Shown one piece after another: positions 26,201 to 32,000 of a stretch of 32,000 nucleotides of DNA. The DNA comes from Micrococcus luteus NCTC 2665. GTDB taxonomy: Bacteria > Actinomycetota > Actinomycetes > Actinomycetales > Micrococcaceae. How positions within the stretch are numbered: position 1 is the stretch's first letter; each line of letters begins with the position of its first letter. Position numbers and translations under genes: made by a program. Where the stretch lies: the NCBI RefSeq assembly GCF_000023205.1, contig NC_012803.1, forward strand, positions 1,770,001-1,802,000, read 5' to 3'. Below the pieces are notes generated by a model that did no database searches, was not told where the DNA came from, and saw only the letters and a program-made list of their open reading frames with translations.

Positions 26201-26956
26201 GGTGCCGGCGTCGTACAGGGCCTGCACGACGGGCAGATCCTCGAGGGAGGCGGGCAGCGAGGCGGTCTCCCCCAGGTCCGCGAACGTGGAGACGAGCAGG
26301 CAGTCCTCGACGTGCAGGTCCGCGATCGCGGCGGCCTCCTCGCGCAGGCGGGCGAACGCGGGGGCGGGCTCGAGGCGCGCCGTGGCGTAGGCGGCCTGCT
26401 GGTACGCCTCGGGGTCCAGGGCGATGCCGTGGTGCCGGCGCAGGTTCCGCACGAGCGCCGGGTTCAGGCGGGCCGGCTCGGTGATCTGGACCTCCAGCTC
26501 GTCCCGGCCCCGGGCGCCGCGGCGCACCGTCAGGGCCACGCGGGCCAGCAGCACGGGGGCGGAGCGGCGCTCCCGCCGACCGTCCTCCTCAGCCGTCCAC
26601 GTGGCCACGCCCACGGCGAGCGCGCCGACGTCGATGCCGCGTTCCTCCGCCAGCTCGCGGACCTTGGCGCGCAGGCCGAGGGAGACCTCGTGCGCCGCGT
26701 CCAGCTCCGGGCCGGCCGGCAGCAGGGTGGACAGGCGGGTGCGCCGCCCCAGCAGCAGCTGCGAGACGCCGGAGGAGTTCGCCTCCGTGAGGTCGATGCT
26801 GTTGGCCGCCGAGGGCGCGAACCGCAGCATCGTGTCGTTCTCGGCGCCCGAGCCCAGGGAGGACACCCAGGCGGCCGGGTCGGGGCGGGTCTGCCCCTCG
26901 TCGGGGCGTGCGGTGGCGCGGGCGCGGGCCAGGCGCGGGAACTCCTGCTCGGTCAC
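23192..26956 (-). CDS. DUF4011 / Upf1-like SF1 helicase-like protein with C-terminal restriction-endonuclease-like domain; catalytic motifs degenerate
   Basis: GTG 26956..26954 behind GGAGGAAGGA. N-terminus NDTMLRFAPSAANSIDL...LLLGRRTRL is DUF4011-like. Motif I is APGTGQTQT (Q310), motif II DVVVLLEADAT, motif III VVALGDPVIGRPQ, motif VI TVALTRARRRL. C-terminus is MDLAVLDP...LALAGDGGEVY...GWEPRTLWSIDV. Confidence 0.85.
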   Translation of the reverse strand: MTEQEFPRLARARATARPDEGQTRPDPAAWVSSLGSGAENDTMLRFAPSAANSIDLTEANSSGVSQLLLGRRTRLSTLLPAGPELDAAHEVSLGLRAKVRELAEERGIDVGALAVGVATWTAEEDGRRERRSAPVLLARVALTVRRGARGRDELEVQITEPARLNPALVRNLRRHHGIALDPEAYQQAAYATARLEPAPAFARLREEAAAIADLHVEDCLLVSTFADLGETASLPASLEDLPVVQALYDAGTGMVPRPAALQPTGALAEDDVAPADERLVLDVDAAQARVLEHAAAGESLVVAAAPGTGQTQTAAALAARLAWEGRRVLVVAERSAALADVLDRLEEADLRSIALHVPANADPELLRRQLVQAVLRSERAVDPDTARDEAALTERRRRLQEHVGSLHHVRPRWGCSPFQAMQALAALTGLETPPATTVRLKRSVLDSTVNRQAVGEQLVRAGELGAFSAAATESRWFGARVRNVQETEAASELADELAAALHTTRRAVDTAAAQAGLRPERTVAGWAEQADLYRRVARTLTEFTPEVFSLDVPQLVAATATSAWRRLHLVEMSSVARSRLRRAAKDAVRPGVQPTDLHGALVDAAAVLEDWNRHAAEPGTPPQVPDQGEHVMGHVGQVREHLRRLEGVLAPEAVAEGPLDERDVDDLVAAVDGLVADRDTLATLPERTLVLDSLRDHGLAELLEDLRDREVPTEALTAELELAWWQSALEAMISGDDFLAMMSGTDLAEVERGFRDLDRAHLERGGIRLSAALAARWREALRTYRADAAVLRTLLKQGSPTVESLATITPELLQALVPVLTTSPMALSEFPPEWRADVVVLLEADATALATAMGALTRAPQVVALGDPVIGRPQSFQVSVDPTATAGPLRPLRSAYDALDEVLPTLPLRTVHRPLERRLVRLLSALAYDGALDALPTAGEATGRDRAVTAEYLPEGTGIPMTGGDVVESTNAEVARTVERVFEHIRDRPEQSLAVVTVSEQHARRVAAAVQATAAQAPWAHEFLARGRGEDAAEAEPFVIVPVVRAASVVRDAVILTPGYGRTPHGRVVHHFGAFSDPDGERMVTVALTRARRRLHLVSALRAADLDEDRLDGGALWFLRLLEAYLGDDAADPVGMVGDPLLADLRDRLEEHGARVLPRYAGVMDLAVLDPRADQDEVPRPLALAGDGGEVYRALTVRQRSRTLPEGLEARGWEPRTLWSIDVFADPESVARELADRLGVEPADETDETDDDAR

Positions 26957-27007
26957 GTGCGTGCGGTCCTTCCTCCGTCGCCTGGGTCCAGGCGGTCTTC
27001 GTGCGGA

Positions 27008-27032
27008 CGGCCGCCCCGGTCAGGGGCGGCCG
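27008..27032 (-). terminator. probable guaA terminator hairpin
   Basis: Perfect 10-bp stem cggccgcccc / ggggcggccg with a 5-nt loop, 23 nt downstream of the guaA stop. Confidence 0.6.
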
Positions 27033-27049
27033 GATGCGGCGCCGGACGC

Positions 27050-28674
<1,625 letters not shown>

Positions 28675-28696
28675 CCGTCCAGGATAGTCGAGGCGC

Positions 28697-29245
28697 TCAG
28701 TAGCGCCGCGCGGCGTCCGGGAAGCGGTGCAGCTCGTCCCGGACCACGCGGGTCATGCGCTTCTCCACCACGAAGGACAGGAACGGCACGACGCCGCCGC
28801 CGGCCATCGCCAGCAGGCGCAGCGGCTCCCAGCGCATCAGGGACCACAGGCGGAACGAGGCGAGCAGGTACACCACGTACATCCAGCCGTGGGCGATGAG
28901 GATGAACAGGGACAGGTTCACTCCCCCGGTCACGCTGTCCGTGGGGTGCAGCCCCAGGCCGTTGGCGTCTCCGTCCAGGGTGGTGCCGCCCGCGTAGAGC
29001 TCCACGTGCATGCCGTACTTCAGCACCATCTCCGCCACGAGCAGCAGGAGCATGATGCCGGTGATCCACGCGCACACCACGTAGAGGCGGGTGGCGGAGC
29101 GGATCTGCTGCTGGGTGCCGGCGAAACGGCGCTGCTCCCGGCCCGGCCGCGGGGGCGGCTCGGGCAGGTCGGCCTCCGTGATGTCCTCGGGATCCGGCAG
29201 GCTCGCCGGGTCCACCGGCTGGGGGCCGGGGTGCTGGGTGCTCAT
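28697..29245 (-). CDS. DUF3817-like integral membrane protein
   Basis: Start MSTQHPGP (ATG 29245..29243) overlaps the SURF1 stop (ATGA). About four TM helices with [11 protein letters not shown] and [15 protein letters not shown] motifs. The rest of the 505-aa tracked ORF is an artefact. Confidence 0.7.
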   Translation of the reverse strand: MSTQHPGPQPVDPASLPDPEDITEADLPEPPPRPGREQRRFAGTQQQIRSATRLYVVCAWITGIMLLLLVAEMVLKYGMHVELYAGGTTLDGDANGLGLHPTDSVTGGVNLSLFILIAHGWMYVVYLLASFRLWSLMRWEPLRLLAMAGGGVVPFLSFVVEKRMTRVVRDELHRFPDAARRY

Positions 29246-30204
29246 CGGCTCTGCTCCTCTCGGGGCCCACGGGGGCCCGGGTCGCGGGGGTCGGGGCGCA
29301 CGGCCCCGTCGTCGTGGTCCTGGCGTGGGTACGCCGCGGACTGTGCCGCGACGGCCCGCTCCTTGGCCTCGCGCGCGGCCGCCCGGCGCCGCTCGAGCTC
29401 CTCGGCGCGCCACTGCGCGGCCCACTCCTCGTCGAGCCGGCGCTCGTGCTCGTCCCGGACGTGGTCGTCGCGGACGAACCGCCACCACAGGAACAGGGCG
29501 AAGCCGGCGAAGAGCACCCACTCCACGGCGTAGAAGACGTTGAGCCAGATGATCTGGGTCTCCTCCGGCTGCGGGGCCACCCACACCGGCTCGAGCCCGC
29601 CGGGGCCGGCCGCGCCCGTCTCGGCGCCCGCGGCGTCGACCATCTCGAATGCCGCGACGTACGCCGCGTAGGACGGCTCGTCCCACACGTTCACCAGCTG
29701 GGCCGGGGCCAGGCTGCGGTACAGGAGCCGGTCGGCGGTGTCCTCGGCCGTGGCCTCGCGCGGCAGGGGCCCGTCCGGGGGCAGCAGGCGTCCGGTGACG
29801 GTGACCTGCCCGGCGGGCGCGGGGTCCACGACGTCGGCGTCGGCCGACCAGCCGCGGACCACCGGGACGACCTCGCCGTCCGGGGCGCCGGCCACCCGCA
29901 GGGCCGTGACCGTCCAGTAGCCGTCGCGGCCGTTCAGCAGGCGCGGTCCGACCAGGACGTCCGTGCCGGGGACGAACTCCCCCTCGACCGTGACCACCTG
30001 GTCGGCCTGCGAGCCCAGCAGGGCCTCGTAGGGACGCACGTGCTCCAGGAACGGCACGGCGTTCTCGGTCTGGGTGCGCGGCGGCGGCGCGTTCGTCTCC
30101 GCGGACTCGAACTGCCACTTGGACAGCGCCACGAAGACCGCGGCCGCCACGAGGGCCAGCACCAGGGTGGCCAGCCAGACGGGCTTGAGGGCGGTGCGCA
30201 GCAC
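29242..30204 (-). CDS. SURF1 family protein (cytochrome oxidase assembly)
   Basis: N-terminal TM plus LSKWQFESAE, a periplasmic domain, then a C-terminal TM (IIWLNVFYAVEWVLFAGFALFLWW). GTG start. Confidence 0.8.
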   Translation of the reverse strand: MLRTALKPVWLATLVLALVAAAVFVALSKWQFESAETNAPPPRTQTENAVPFLEHVRPYEALLGSQADQVVTVEGEFVPGTDVLVGPRLLNGRDGYWTVTALRVAGAPDGEVVPVVRGWSADADVVDPAPAGQVTVTGRLLPPDGPLPREATAEDTADRLLYRSLAPAQLVNVWDEPSYAAYVAAFEMVDAAGAETGAAGPGGLEPVWVAPQPEETQIIWLNVFYAVEWVLFAGFALFLWWRFVRDDHVRDEHERRLDEEWAAQWRAEELERRRAAAREAKERAVAAQSAAYPRQDHDDGAVRPDPRDPGPRGPREEQSR

Positions 30205-30230
30205 GCCGTATCAACTCTTCCGGTCGGGGT

Positions 30231-30246
30231 GCCGCCTCGGGGCGGC
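30231..30246 (-). terminator. short GC hairpin downstream of guaB3
   Basis: gccgcc-tcgg-ggcggc, lying 6 nt after the guaB3 stop. Confidence 0.35.
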
Positions 30247-30251
30247 GGGGA

Positions 30252-31388
30252 TCAGACGGTCTGGGTGGGGGTCACGAGGACCTCCACCTTCTGGAAGTCC
30301 TTGAGCTCGGTGTAGCCGCAGGTGGCCATGGCGCGCTTCAGGCCGCCCATCAGGTTGGACGTGCCGTCCGCGTGGCGGCCGGGCCCCCACAGGACCTCCT
30401 CGAGCGGAGCCACCTGGCCCACGTGGGTGCGGTGCCCGCGCGGCAGCTCCGGGTGGGCGGCCTCGAGGCCCCAGTGCCAGCCGCCGCCGGGGGCGTCGGT
30501 GGCGCGGGCCAGGGCGGCGCCCAGGACGACCGCGTCCGCACCCATGGCGATCGCCTTGACGATCTCCCCCGAGGTGGAGACGCCGCCGTCGGCGATCACG
30601 TGCACGTAGCGGCCGCCGGACTCGTCCATGTAGTCGCGGCGCGCCTCGGCGATGTCCGAGATGGCCGTGGCCATCGGCACACGGATGCCCATGGCGCGGC
30701 GCGTGGTGGTGGACGCGCCGCCGCCGAAACCGACGAGCACACCGGCCGCGCCGGTGCGCATCAGGTGCAGGGCCGGCGTGTAGCCGGCCGCCCCGCCCAC
30801 GATCACGGGCACGTCCAGCTCGTAGATGAACTGCTTGAGGTCCAGCGGCTCCTGGGTGGAGGAGACGTGCTCGGCCGAGACGGTGGTGCCGCGGATGACG
30901 AACAGGTCCACGCCCGCCGCCACGACGGTGCGGTAGAACTCCTGCGTGTTCTGCGGGGTCAGCGAGCCCGCGACGACGACGCCGGCCTCGCGGATCTGCG
31001 CGAGGCGCTCGGTGATCAGATCGGGGCGGATGGGGGCCGCGTAGGCCTCCTGCAGCTTGCGGGTGGCCTCGGTCCCGGCGGGGCCGGCCTCGAGGGCGGC
31101 GATCTCCTCGAGCAGCGGGCGCGGGTCCTCATGGCGGGTCCACAGGCCCTCGAGGTTGAGGACGCCGAGACCGCCCAGCCGCCCCATCGCGATGGCGGTC
31201 TCCGGGCTCATCACGGAGTCCATGGGCGCACCGATCACGGGCATGTCGAACGTGTAGGCGTCGATGCGCCACGTGAGGCTGACGTCCTGGGGATCCCGGG
31301 TGCGCCGCGCGGGCACCACGGACACGTCGTTGAGGGAGAAGGCCCGGCGGCCGCGCTTGCCGCGGCCGATCTCAATCTGGTTCGTCAC
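30252..31388 (-). CDS. guaB3: GuaB3-family IMP dehydrogenase-related protein (no CBS pair, no catalytic Cys)
   Basis: IMPDH TIM-barrel pattern, but the active-site loop reads VGFGGGASTTTRR rather than the GSICTT type. 378 aa. GTG start. Confidence 0.9.
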   Translation of the reverse strand: MTNQIEIGRGKRGRRAFSLNDVSVVPARRTRDPQDVSLTWRIDAYTFDMPVIGAPMDSVMSPETAIAMGRLGGLGVLNLEGLWTRHEDPRPLLEEIAALEAGPAGTEATRKLQEAYAAPIRPDLITERLAQIREAGVVVAGSLTPQNTQEFYRTVVAAGVDLFVIRGTTVSAEHVSSTQEPLDLKQFIYELDVPVIVGGAAGYTPALHLMRTGAAGVLVGFGGGASTTTRRAMGIRVPMATAISDIAEARRDYMDESGGRYVHVIADGGVSTSGEIVKAIAMGADAVVLGAALARATDAPGGGWHWGLEAAHPELPRGHRTHVGQVAPLEEVLWGPGRHADGTSNLMGGLKRAMATCGYTELKDFQKVEVLVTPTQTV

Positions 31389-31416
31389 CGGGCCAGCCTA
31401 GCCCAGGCGCCACGGG

Positions 31417-31446
31417 GGCGTCGCCGATCGTGTCGTCGGCGCCGCC
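31417..31446 (-). terminator. hairpin between guaB and guaB3
   Basis: ggcg-t-cgccga [tcgtgtcg] tcggcg-c-cgcc: 10 bp with one internal mismatch. Followed by ccccc-ggac-ggggg. Confidence 0.35.
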
Positions 31447-31481
31447 CCCGGACGGGGGCTCCCCCGGACCCGACGTGCGGG

Positions 31482-32000
<519 letters not shown>

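Overview
Very GC-rich actinobacterial chromosomal segment (by eye over 70% G+C; third codon positions are almost all G/C). Gene content and order look like core genome of a Micrococcales-type organism (taxon is inference): ispH-unknown-xseA-xseB; rimJ-like GNAT / 5-formyl-THF cyclo-ligase / FmdB zinc ribbon; guaB-guaB3-SURF1-DUF3817-guaA. I call about 30 protein-coding genes, one partial at each edge. They are tightly packed and many are translationally coupled through ATGA/GTGA overlaps. I saw no rRNA, tRNA, CRISPR array, transposase, integrase or phage genes, and no compositional island, so most of the window is ordinary housekeeping DNA. Most long ORFs in the six-frame track are Arg/Gly/Pro-rich antisense or off-frame artefacts of the high GC content. 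I could not demonstrate a convincing novel multi-gene system; the items below are hypotheses. Those most worth a second look: (1) a 1254-aa DUF4011/Upf1-like SF1 helicase plus C-terminal restriction-endonuclease-like protein (23192..26956, minus strand) with degenerate catalytic motifs: Walker A GTGQT instead of GTGKT, Walker B LLEAD instead of IDEA, motif III Q lost, nuclease E-x-DG reading A-G-DG. (2) A 79-codon ORF (22963..23202, minus strand) overlapping its 3' end, with strong codon-position GC periodicity. (3) A dense composite repeat/hairpin element between the convergent xseB and DJ-1 genes (12271..12390). (4) A lipoprotein / NUDIX / all-alpha repeat protein / APH-like kinase / membrane protein neighbourhood (15335..21884) with several uncharacterised members. 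(5) A four-gene translationally coupled ABC-2 exporter plus HisKA_3/LuxR two-component module, preceded by a mini-ORF and a perfect 20-bp palindrome.
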